This document shows, one piece after another, positions 33,901 through 45,900 of a DNA stretch of 64,000 nucleotides. The stretch spans positions 1 through 64,000 of the forward strand of contig MEDY01000044.1 of the NCBI GenBank assembly GCA_001724265.1, given 5' to 3'. Numbering within the stretch: the first letter of the stretch is position 1; every line of letters begins with the position of its first letter. Below the pieces are notes generated by a model. It made no database searches. It was given only the letters and a program-made list of their open reading frames with translations, and was not told where the DNA came from. Origin of the DNA: Rhizaria sp. SCN 62-66 (lineage: Eukaryota). Position numbers and translations under genes: made by a program.

Positions 33901-36900
33901 CGCACGCGCGTGCGCTGCAGCGGCAACAAGGAGTGCCGCAACATCAGCGGCCGAAACCATACCTGGCCCGGCGGTGGACGGTGGCGCAAGCATGACCGAA
34001 GTACGGCGGAGCGCAAAGGCTGGCGAGGTGAGATGGGCTGCAAGCCCGCCTTGCCGCGCGGCAACAGAGAGTAACGACGGAGGCGAGATGGTGTCACCTG
34101 AGTGCTGAATGATGTTAGACATCACTACGACGAGCGCAGCAGGGCCATTGGAAGCATATACCGACAGCGGGCGCTGGAGAGCGGCGGCAACGGCGGCGGG
34201 TAGAAGCGCGGACACAGGTGGCAATGGCGCGGGCGGCATCGCGGCCAGGGCGAGCACGGTTACGTCAGCTAACGTTGCGTCCGGGCCCGAAAATGCGGCA
34301 GGAATTGGGCCGTTTGAGAGAGCAAGTGCAGCTTCAGATACGCCGGACTCGGTGGGCGTCAAAAGCGCAGCGAGGCGAGACAGCAACAGCAGACCCACAC
34401 CCAGACTTGCACCGGCCGTGGACCTGTCATCGCCAGCGTTCGCTAATTGCTCAGATGTTAAGCTCCCCTCCGGCGGGCGTGCACGGCTGACAGGGGGCCG
34501 CGGGCGCTGATTCCCAGCATTATCACCCATGTTTTCGTTGTTGGCGTTATTATCGCTGTTCGCAGAGGCAGGGCGGCCACGCGTGCGGTTTTGGCGGCGT
34601 TGGGCGGGAAGCGCCGAAAGCAAGTAGTGCCTCGGCAGCGCAATTGTGAGCAGCGACAGCGATGTGATGATGTCGTTCAGTGTCTCCACAGGGACAGTCA
34701 CAGGTGCCTCAGCAATGGTGCGTAGCTGCATCGCTGTAGTTGGACTCGCGCCTTCATTCGCGGCGTTAGCATCAGCAAGTGCAGCGGCAGCATTTCGCGC
34801 GCGCGTAATAGCCGAAACAAGCGCCAGGCCAAGACCGTTGCGCTCCGCGGCGGGTGCCGTCAAATGCTGCACAAGCATCAGTACCTCCGTGAAACCGGTC
34901 AGCGAGCGGGGACGCAAGCGCCAGCGCTGAGGGCCGCTTCCGTCATTATTATCGGTAACGACGACTTCGTCCGTAGCTGCACCGTCATCCTCACCGTCGC
35001 GACTCGCGACGCGTCGCTGCTGTGTGGCAGCTGAGACTGTAGCTATCACGGAGCGCAGAAGCGCGGCAGCTAACAGGCCTTGGCTCGGACCACGCTCTAT
35101 GACGGAGGCCGGCTGTGGTGCTGGTGTCGCTGTGTCTGTGCCAGCATCCGCGACAGCAGCAGCGGCGACAGCAGCGTCTGTGGCGTTGAGAGGAAGCCAG
35201 TGCGCGAGAGCTGGGTCCTGCGCCACCCGAGTCCACAGATGCTGCACTGAGTCATTCACGCGCACAGTCACCGCGCGAGCCAGCGGGTGCGTGAGCGGCA
35301 GCGCGGGGTGCGTGAGCAGCGTGATGATGTAGTCCAGCACCGCGCCGCGGGCCCACGGGTCGCTGGCGCTCACGGCGCCACCGCCGGTGTTGAGGCCACC
35401 AGTCGCAGTCTGCGCGGTCGAAGGCGCAGCACCAGCGCCGTAGCGCTGGCGCTGAGCACCACCCGTGGCCGAGGTGGACACCACAGCGTTCTGTGACGCA
35501 GAAGCAAAGGTTGCACTCGAAACCGACCGGAGGTCAATCCAAACTGCGTCGTTTGCGCTCAAAGCACTCGCACCAGCGTCAGTGGGTTGAGATACCGATG
35601 CGACATGACTGTCCGCAGTTGAAACTGCAGAGGACACAGCGGGAAAGTCAAGCGCAGGAGAGGCTGCACTCGAGAGAACTGAGGCAAGACGCGAGATCGA
35701 TGCGAAAGGCGTGTCTGCAGTCGCAAACAGTGCGACTGCAGCGCCCGCGAACGACTCGCTCTCGTCATCGTCGTCAGCTGCCCCAGTGCGCTGGGATGGA
35801 CCCGAGCGTAGACGTGAGCTCCGGGGCCGGCGCGATGCAGCATCAGGGCCAACTGTAAGCGCGCCACCAGCAAACGCTGATGCAGTGATCATTGCGCCGA
35901 GGCCAAGGCCCGGTGACAAAGTAGCAAGTGACGACACTACACTCGGTGCGGCCGCAGCCGATGATGCCGCACGGGCGCAAAGTGGCCGCGCGTAGGGCCA
36001 AGGCCATGCGGACTGCGCAAGCGCGGCAGCCAGCGACGCGGTCGGGACAATGCGCGGGTTGGGCGCATCCATGTTAGCAGACAGTGTAACCAGTTCCGAA
36101 ATCGTCCGCGGGCTGTATGCAGCCATATTTCCGCCCGCAAGACGCTTCCCAGGCTCACATGGCACTGCAGGACTGACCGAAAGCAAGAGAGAGCCAGAGC
36201 GCGCGTCTGGCGCAAGAGTCATGCTGAACAGAGTCATGGCAGCAGTGAGCGGCGAGAGAAGCGTAATTGCAGAGGCAACGTCAGACAACGAACACAGCTG
36301 CGCAACAGTCTGTGCGACCGTAGTGCACACAGGTGCGGCGTCGGGGTTCGTCTCCAGCGTCCAGCCCACGGGTACAGGCGCTGCTGCAAGGGCTGTGGCA
36401 AGCTGCGTACCCACCAACCGCGATGCCAGCGAGTCTGCCACTGCAGTTTGACTTTCAGACACTAGCGCTGTAGCTGTACTCGTATTCTGCGCATTGACAG
36501 AACCCGCATTACTCGCCATAGCTATTGCGCTCCAGGCACCGTGCCTCAAAGCGTTTTCGAGCGCTGCTATACGTTCGCCCTCAGCAGGCAGCAGCACTTC
36601 GCCACTGGCGCTGATTGTCTCGCGCTCAGGTGCACGTTGGAGCGCAAGCGCAGTTCCAGGTGCCGGGGCGACGTTGAAGCCTGCAGCAACGCTCGCTGGG
36701 AGGGCAGATGAGAAACTTGCGATCGAACCATTATACGCCACTGCAGAACCAGAGTTCAGGTTAGCGACGCGCATCACGGAATGGACACCAGGGAGCTCGT
36801 CACTTGCCGCCAACACGCAGTAGCTACGCAGCAGCGTATCTAAGTCCATGGCCATTGACGGAGGCATCCTGAGCGATGCATGTGCAGCGTTAACTGTAAC

Positions 36901-39900
36901 AGCGTTAACGTTTGTGAGTGTCATACCAGACTCAGAATCGTATGTCGTCATAGAAGTCATCGGAACTGCGGGGGCGGTGGCGGGCTCACGAGCCATGATC
37001 AGTGAATCCTCAAGACTCGTCGTTGCAAGAACGTGTGAGACAAGACGGCGCTCTGAAACTGCGTATACACAGCGGGTCGCGCGCATGTACAACAGCGACG
37101 AAAGCAGATAGGCAGCGCCCAATGGCTGCGCAGACTCTTGCGGTGTAGGAGTCGCCGCGTGAGCAATCGCGGAGGCACGAATGGCAGCAAGCCTGTGCGA
37201 AGCAACACACGCGCGCACGCCGGTCGCCACCGCGTCCGGACTCCCGCCGAATTCAGCGCACACGAAGGCCCATTGCAAGGCAGAAAGCCCCCAGGTCGAC
37301 GAGGATGATGTCGCCTGAGGAGTACCGGTCCAAAGCTCAGCAAGCATCGACGTGGAAACGGCAGAGATGACGGGCGGCTGCACAGCCGCAGCAACAGTTT
37401 CAGACAAAGCAAACGCACAAATCGTGGGCATAAGCACGGATAACAACGATGTTCCGGCGCCGCGAGTTGAAGCGACCATAATGTCATGCGCAGCCATCAC
37501 ACCCGCGAACGGCGGGGCTGCTGCGGCGATAGCAGGCAGCGCAGGGAGCGCCGAGAGCTCGAGCGGCGAGATACACGTGCGGGGTGACACACCGAGCACG
37601 GCCGATGTTGCGAGCGCGGGACCAGACACGACTTGGGAACGGTTAGCGTTGAGCTTCGTGGCCATCGCGGCAGCGTCGTACCCCGCAGTGGCTGCAACGG
37701 CGCTGAGCGAAACCGCAGCGGGGCCCATGGCAGACGGATCGGTTGCGGCAAGGTAGGAAAGCCAGCGCTGCAGCGAGGCTGTAAGCGGTAGACGTGGACC
37801 TGTCGCAACACCATTGCCAATCGACGTCATGCGCGCGTAGTCTTCTGCGACCTCAGCTGCGTCCGTTGCTTCTTGTGCTGTAGTAGAGCCACGCCTCGTG
37901 TTCGCCGACGAAACATTGTTAGTAGTACCAGTGACATGAGGAGAAAATGAGGTCGAGACCGTGAAATTTCCTGTGCTTGGTGATCCTGCAAAGGCCCATG
38001 GGAGCGGGAACGAAGTGTAATAAGGCATCAGCAAAGCGTCGAGTGCGGGTGGCGGCGGCGGCACAAGCGTTGCGCCAGTCGCGCTTACGGGGATCGACGT
38101 CGCAGTCAAAGGCGGCGCTGCAGGTCCGCTAGCCGGCGTGAGAGAAGCGGGAACCGTGCCTGGTACGAGGGCACCAAATGTGGCCAAGTTGCGCACTTCC
38201 GTCTCAGCCGCCAGCGCAGTGACGCCACTAACAGTGCCTGCGCAGCGATAAGTCGGCGACCGACGCAGGGCACGCGAGGCGCGACGCATCGCCCGTGCAC
38301 GTGCACGGTGCAACGCTGCGCCAGCAGTGTCATCATCGTCTGCGGACACGGCTGCAACGGTGGCCGAGGTGTGCTGGTGCATCGAATCAAGCGCGGCACC
38401 AAGTGTTGTCAGCAGACCTTCAGCGCTACCAGTGGCAAAAAGAACGTGGTCGATCTCACAGTCAGTGAGCGCAAACAGCCCCGTCAGTAGTTGTTGCGAG
38501 CGCGTGCGCGGATCGATCGGGGCCGCTGAAGCTGCCGCGTAAGGAGCATACGTTGGCCCACCACCTTCACCGTCAGCGTCGTGGGCTGCACTTTCATGCG
38601 CCTGCGGCACAGGCGGGGGCGGACCGGGTACGCGTCGCGGCATGGTGAGCGACAGCGCAGAGCTCAAATACAAGCGCGCGTTAGCCTTCGTGGCACCACC
38701 AGCGCCGTAGCCGTACTGGCCGAATTGGTTGCGGCCTTGCGCTGTGGCGTTACTGTTGTTCCCAGTACTACCAGTTGTGGATGGGTTGGGTTGGTTGAAA
38801 AAAGCAGCACGTCCAGCCCGACCACCGTTGGCAGCAGCATTCTGTGCAGCAACTTGTGCCGCAGCTGATTCAGAAACAACATGTGCCTCGTTGGCAGCAG
38901 CAATACCAATGATTGTGTCAATGCTTGCGGCCTCTGCAGTGGGCACGCCTACAAACGCGAACAAATCAGCCCGCGACTGTGCAGAGACGAGCCAGAGCGA
39001 AAGCACTTCGCGAACCTGCATGCGCGCACGGCTGTGGCGGTCAGCGACGGCAAGGAGAGCTTCAGCAAGCTCGGATGTTGTCAGGAAGCGAGTTAACGGC
39101 TGCGGAATTGTCGGCATCTGAGATGAAGCACCTGCAGCCGCAGCGGTCTTAAGGTGTTCAGTGACTGCGAAAACATGAAGAGCGTGCGGAATGAGGAGTT
39201 GCCAGAGAAAGAACGCGCACAGCACGAGGTTATTATCGCATGCAGCAAGTAATGCATGCGCCTCCGTATGCGTGATCACCTCGCGCAGGGGCGGGAACCT
39301 GAACCAGAGCGGGAGCTCGCCAGTCTTGAGGAATGCAGGTGCCACAGCGGCCGAGTCGGCCCCGTCATCGTAGCCCGGCTGAGCTGTCTTGCATTGAACA
39401 AAGCCGGGAAAGCGGGTCAAGTAGCCAAGAGTTCGCTGCAAGAACGGCCACTTTTCAATCAAAGCGCGAGGGATCTTCCCACCAGTGACAAAGTCGCTAA
39501 TGATGCCAGCTGCAAGTGAGTTGTAGCTGTTCACAGCACCCTTCGCTTTGGCGCGAAGCTCAGTGACGTGATGAGAGGCGTCATCGCCATAATGACGGCG
39601 CAGCGTGCGCTCAGCAGCCACGGTCGCGCGGTGCGAGCGCAGTACAGTCTCGACGCTCGAGTCTTCTAGAGAGAAATAGGCGTAGCTGTTGGCGCACGGG
39701 CGTCCATTTCGAAGGTTCATCATGAACGCCATCGTACCGTCAATCGCCATGCTACTGCCGACGCCAGTACCCGTCGCAACGTCTGCCGCGGGACCACCGT
39801 GCTGAAGCGCACCACCCGCAGCGGCCGCAAAGAGATTACCACCAGTGAGCGAGTTGCGACGGGCAAGGAATGGCGCACTCGGTACCATCATGACGCCACC

Positions 39901-42900
39901 TTGCGCCGCGGTACTAACGCCACCATGGGCTGATTGCGGTGCAGTATACTGCGGTGCAATAGTGGCCTGTGTAGTGGGATCCCACGAGATCGCCTGCATC
40001 ACGGCGTACTTCTGAGCTAACCTGGCGAGCTGAGCCGTGGTGACGTACGCCTCCATCATGATATTGTCTCCAGTTACAGTCGCGCTCGGACCAGCCCGAC
40101 GCGGTTGCTATTGCGTATCACTGATCGCATCTACGCCGTGCTCAGGCGAGGGCACCGCAGCAGCAGCGGCGTCTTCAGGGGTAGAAAATGTCGCCATGTC
40201 GACGACCTGAATCACGATTGCGTTCGGTGTGTACAGCGACGGCGGCCGCAGCGGGTTGCTGAACGCCGCCTTGTTTGCACTTTCAGCAGCTGCTGCAGCC
40301 AGTCCGCGGCCGCCGCTGGGATCGACCGCAGTGCCAGGTGTAAACAAAGGCGTCGGCGCAGTCAGGGGGTTTTGCACTGGCTCAGCAATGTACGCCCACA
40401 GTCCACTGAGCAGGCCAGACACGGGGCGACAAGAGTGGCGCACGCCAGCAGCCCGCGCAACAGCGCTGGCTTCTGTCAAGTCGGTGCGAGTCGGCAAAAC
40501 GGGATCGACAGAGGCAAGCAGCGCGTCACCAGTCTCGGGCGCAACACCGCAGTGCATGTCAAACACAGACGCCAGCGAGCGTTCCGCACCACGGCCTGCG
40601 ATGCCACCCCGAACGGCATCTGTCGCGACTGCTGGGGCGGGCAGCGACGACACAGCAGCACGGGACACGCGGCCCCATGTGCGAGCACCGTTGTATTGGT
40701 CGAGAAGAGGCGCTTGGTCAAAGTTCATCGCGTGTGTCGACAGCGACCAAGATGTCGCCAGAGACGACTGTTGCTGGTGTGAATGTTGGTTAAATTGGGG
40801 ATGCGGCTGAGGCTGCGCAGGAATAGGAGTGCCTCCGTATCCGACTCGACCAGACACAGGCCGGCGCTGCGTCAGAGGCGATGCAATGTTTGCTGCCATC
40901 GCCACAGCCTCCGCACGTGCATGCTCGGCTTGAATCTGTTGCGCCTGTTCCCGCGCGTGCTGGTGTCCATACATGCCATTGAGTGCGTGCACTGGTGCAA
41001 CTGCACTGTGGCCAGAGTAAAAGTACACCGACATCCGCGTCACAAACGTTGGTTCGTCGTCGTTGAGTGCAGCATTCGTGCGGCCCATCTCAAGCCAACC
41101 GTCGCGGCCACCAACAGGAGCAACGCGAACACCGGTGCCAACAAGCATTGACGGCAGCGCGGCCGCTGCAGCAGCGGCGTTATCACCCGCAACAGAAGGC
41201 TTGTCACGCGCATAACCCGCGCTTGCGTTGTAGTTGGACTCGGGATTGAACAGAGTCTCGAGCTGCTCAGTGTACATGTGAACCATTTGACCGCGCTGCA
41301 GCTCACCATTCGCAAGCACGTTCAGCCATGCTGCAAGTGCTGAAGAAGCAATGCCAGGCGCGCGCGCGGAGGTAGACTGGGATGGGTCAGCAACAGCAGG
41401 CGGCAAGCAAGCAGGGCGCGCGAGCGCGGCTCCGGTTGTCATGCTGTGCGGTGCAGAAGCCGCTGAGGCGGCTGAACGAATCCCTGCTGAAAGCACAAAG
41501 GGGTACAGCATTGTCAGCACAGGGAAGCTCGATACACTTCGTGCTAAAGAAGTCATCGTGACTGGGCCTGGCGACATCACAATCGTTGTAGGTGCAGAAG
41601 TTACGACATGAGCCTCTTCAGAGACTGTCGCAGGTGTGACCGTGTTGTCAGTGCCCGCACCCGCAGCATCTGTCGTAGGTACGGGAGCGGGCTCAGCAGC
41701 GGGCACGGGGTCCACAGGTTCAGGATCGCAACGCTCCAAGTAGTCTGCGCCCCACAGTGCCAGCGCGCGAGCACGGGCATTTGCCAGCTCTTGACGCGCC
41801 GCAGCAGCGGTGGCGGCACGGGCCTCCTTGAGAACTGTGGCCTGTTGCGCTGCAGCCTCCGCCGAAGCGGCAGCAGCTGCAGCAGTCGCAGCAGCGCGCT
41901 GGAGTGGCACAAGCTGCTCACGCAGTCCGGCGATTGCAGCACGGGCCTGCTCGTCCACATCACCGCTGTCAATGTCAGGTGACGGCGAAGGACCAAGTGC
42001 GGGCCCAGAGTCGGCGCCAACGTCCAGAGTCAGCGGCGCGCCGGCAACAGGTGCAAGCATGTCTCCGCGACCGCTACCAAGAGGGGCTCCATCTTGGTTG
42101 CTGTCAAGATCGTCATGGGCATCTAAGGCACTGACACCGCCTTGAAGAACAGCGACCTGAGCTGTATGCGCGTCACGGAGCGTGGCAATCTGCTTCTTCA
42201 ACGCGATCACTTGAGACTCCTCTTGGTATGCAGTCTCACGTGCGCGGGCACGCTCCTCACGAGTGCGAACATCAGCTAAACGCGCGATCTCAGCTTCAGC
42301 AGCGGCGTCGCGAGCTGCGGCACGCATTGCCGCTAGATCGGCACGCATTGTAATCTGCGCACGTTGAGTGGCACGACGGACGGAGTTCAGTGTCTGTGCG
42401 CACAAATACAAAGCGTACTGACTCATGTACGCAGAAAAAGAAAAGTACAGTCGAGGCGCGTCCACCTCACTGTCAGCAGCAGGTGAATCGGAGCTGTTGT
42501 CGTGAGGCAAGCCAGCGCGACAAGCGGGACAATTGAGTCGGGTCGCCGTGGCGTGAGGAAGGTCATACGCGTCAGCGGCAGGCTTTGTATATGCCGGGTT
42601 CGCCTGCAATACACGCACGAAAGACGAGCAGCCAGATCGATTGTCGTCAAGCGTATCCACCGCAGCCGAAGCTGTCGCATGACCCGTGGGATTGTTACTT
42701 TGCTGCTGGATTTCACCACCTGCAGCAGATCCAGGGCGCGAATTCCTCGGGTCAGCATCAGCTTCGGCAGACACGACAGGCACCGGGGATGTCGAAGCGG
42801 CCAAACGCTGTGGAGAGTGGAATGAGGCTGCTGATCTAAGCCGACCATTGTTACTACCACGGCGAGCAAATTGCGGCACAGGAACAAGAGAGTCCTCCGC

Positions 42901-45900
42901 ACCCCAGAGTAGAGCGTGGAGCAAGCGTGCCACGACGCTGTCAGAATCCTCTTGCTCACCATCTGAATCTTCGTCGTCGTGGTCGAGCGCTGGTAAGCTC
43001 GCACTACTGGCAGATGCACTAGAAGAAGTCACCATAGCACTGTGAGTGCGACTGTGAGGCAGATAGCTTCGCGGTAGTGCGCATGCGCCGAGCGGAACGA
43101 GCGCAGGATCAGCACCGCCAAACTCCTTCGCAGCCGCGGCTGCAGTGCTGAGTGCTTCCAGCGCGTGCAGCTCCTTCTCAGCCACGCGCATAGACCGCAT
43201 GGGACGCGGACGCGAATGGTCGAGACTGAGTGCGCCGTTGCGGTGCATCATCATGACTGAGGCGCGACCTGCAGGGCGCGGGAAGCCGTCGGCAGTAAAC
43301 ATTGGACCGGCGATCGAGGGACGGAATTCGCCTGGATTGTGTCCGTCATCGCGCTCCTGAAGGGCTTTGCGGAGCACTCGAAGTGAGTCGCGGCGGTCAG
43401 CGCGCATCTTCAACGATGACATACCGTTGAACATTTCATCTTCGTTACCGTCGCTGTCAAGGCCGTTGTAAAGACCACTACCGTCGTTGCCAACACCAAT
43501 GAGCATGCTATTATCTCCGCCATCGTTGTCTTCAAGATTAGCGTCGTACTCATCGTAATCTTCGTCGTCCCCGTCAGTGTCTGAACTGCTTGCAGAAGCG
43601 ACATATTCCCCCATGCCACAGTAGCGGTTGTCGATCTGGTGCTGTTTCGTGTACAGCTTGTTCATACTGACCTTAAAGTCGAGTCGCAATGCAGGACCCA
43701 TGTCGCGGCCAAGGATGATGCGACCAACAACCGGAGCAGGAGCGTCCTCGCCAACGCTTCCACCGTTCTCCGCGCTCTTTGGCGAAGTTGAAGGAACAAC
43801 GGCAGCAAGCGCAGTGAGCGGCGTGAACGGCAGTTGGGCTGCGTCATTCCAATCACTATCGGTAGCGTCAGTGGCAATGTTTGCAGGTGAAGTCGCAGTG
43901 CGAACGCGGTCGTGACGTGCCAGCAATAGCGGGGCGTGAACTGAGCTCTGCGCTGGCGAAGTAGCGCCCATATCCGTTGGCACCTGAAGCCCAATCGGCG
44001 TGGTGGCGTCGGCTGCAGGGCCGTAGGACGGAGTGCGCGCCATACCAGAGATGTTCACGACTGTCTCCGCAATCAAGTTGCGCTCGACCGCGATGCGTCG
44101 CAGCAACATCAACGTCACACCCTGAAGTCCAAGTGTCGGCGGAGTCACCGTTGCTGTACCATCCTCTATCGCTCCTGACTTGCCCGTCCCGGTGCCGCTT
44201 GCAGCGGTGGAACCACTATCGCTGGATTCGCTGCTACTCGAGCGTGAGGAGGGCGCGTGCGTAGACAGCACAGCCTGCCAGCGCGCCGCAGCAGAGACCG
44301 CAGCAGCACGGTGCAGCCGATGCATCCACGGCGCCAAGCCAGACGTACCGTGCAATGCAGCAAACGCATCGAGCACGGGCGCGCGCGCGCCAAGTGACTT
44401 AAATGATGTCGACATTGTTGCGGTTGAGGGCACCGTCTTATCGACAAGGCCGAGTTCACGTGCAAGTGCAAGAGCAAGAGCGCGCCGACGCTGCGGGGTC
44501 GACGTCATCGCAGCGAAGTCTGGATCGGCGGTGTCGCTCGGCGGGGCGGCAATGCCCAGCGGTGCGGCGACAGCGGCCGAGACCACTTTGGCGGCTCCAA
44601 GCGTCGGAGCAAGCTGACCAGCCTGGAAGGCAGCAGTGCGTGCCAGCGAGAGTGCATCAGCGTCCGCGGTCGAGACCTGGAATACGCGAAGCAGGAAGGA
44701 GTTAAGCGGTGCGGCATTGGTGATCGGCTCGGCCTCAACAGTTGCGGGCGCAAGGTGAGTGAGTGTCACTGTCGACGTGAACGCAGTCTGTGTCGGCGAG
44801 ACAAACGGAATTGTCCGTTCTCCATCACCAACGTTGTGTGTTGTCGTTGGCGCTGCGTCATACGGCGACGAGGTGGGTAGACCTAGCACGCGGCGTGCAT
44901 GTGCTCGAGCCCACTCGTTGAGGTCGTTAGCGTCGTATTCCATGCCCACATCAGCAATCACGGGAACAGCGACAACCTCAGACATGGCCGCCGCGTGGAC
45001 AGGGTCCAAGAATGCACGAGGAAACGATGCAAGTGGCTGGCCAGGTGCGGAAAGGGGAGACACAGTTGCGAGCGTGGCTTCATCGCTCGATACCGTTGCA
45101 GCGACAGCGGCTGCAACAGGTGCAAAAAGCGAGCCCTCACCGTGACGATCGTCCACAGGAAATGCAAGCACAAACCGGTAAACGTATTGACCAGGAGCCG
45201 GCATATATCCTGTCCCATGACTAGTGTTACCGCTGCCACTAGCAGACACATGATCAGGAGAAAGTGCAGCGATCTCAGAGTCCCCACTTTCCTGTGCAAG
45301 ATGCTTGCGAACGGCGGCTGCAGTGCGAGCCCGAATAGCGCGAGCAGCGGCGGGCACAGACGCAATATCAGCCACATGTACAGGCAGCGCCATGAGCTCT
45401 ACCATCACGCGGACATGAACTGGTGTCGCGATATACACTCGCCGAGAGGGCTTTGCGGCATCCGCAACGCACATCGCTGCGTATGCAGCTGCATCATCGC
45501 GACCATCCTCACTCTCAGCCTCACTCAAATCGTCAGCATCCAGAGCAGCATTTGCTGTGGTAGAAGTGTCATCGAGAGAAAAGCCAGGGGCCATCAGTGC
45601 AGGCAAGGCGGAGTTGTCGGCAAATGTGACAACCGTGCCGGCGCGTTGCAAGGAAGCCGTAGCGCGCATTGCGGCTTCATGTCGCTCTTGCTCTTCCTGG
45701 GCACGACGTTCCGCCTCACGTGCTAACGCACGCTGTTCGAGCCGATAACCGTGAGCTTCGACAATAGCAGCCTCGCGCGCGGCAGCAGCAGGGGCGCCAC
45801 GTACGGTGGCGATGGGCTCAGGGAGTAAAGCGTCGACAAAAGCACCTTGCTGCCGGCGCAGTGCCTGCACAGCAGCAGGATCCGCCAAAGGAGCATCATC

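Noticed and set aside
15417..40110. TAG-interrupted genes as ordinary pseudogenes
   Set aside because: Random decay would also give TAA, TGA and many frameshifts. The interruptions are almost all TAG, and thousands of codons stay open.
40060..40110. Two separate genes (7954 aa and 3046 aa)
   Set aside because: Same frame, only 48 nt apart, no intergenic-like sequence, and the separator is TAG flanked by CAA codons.
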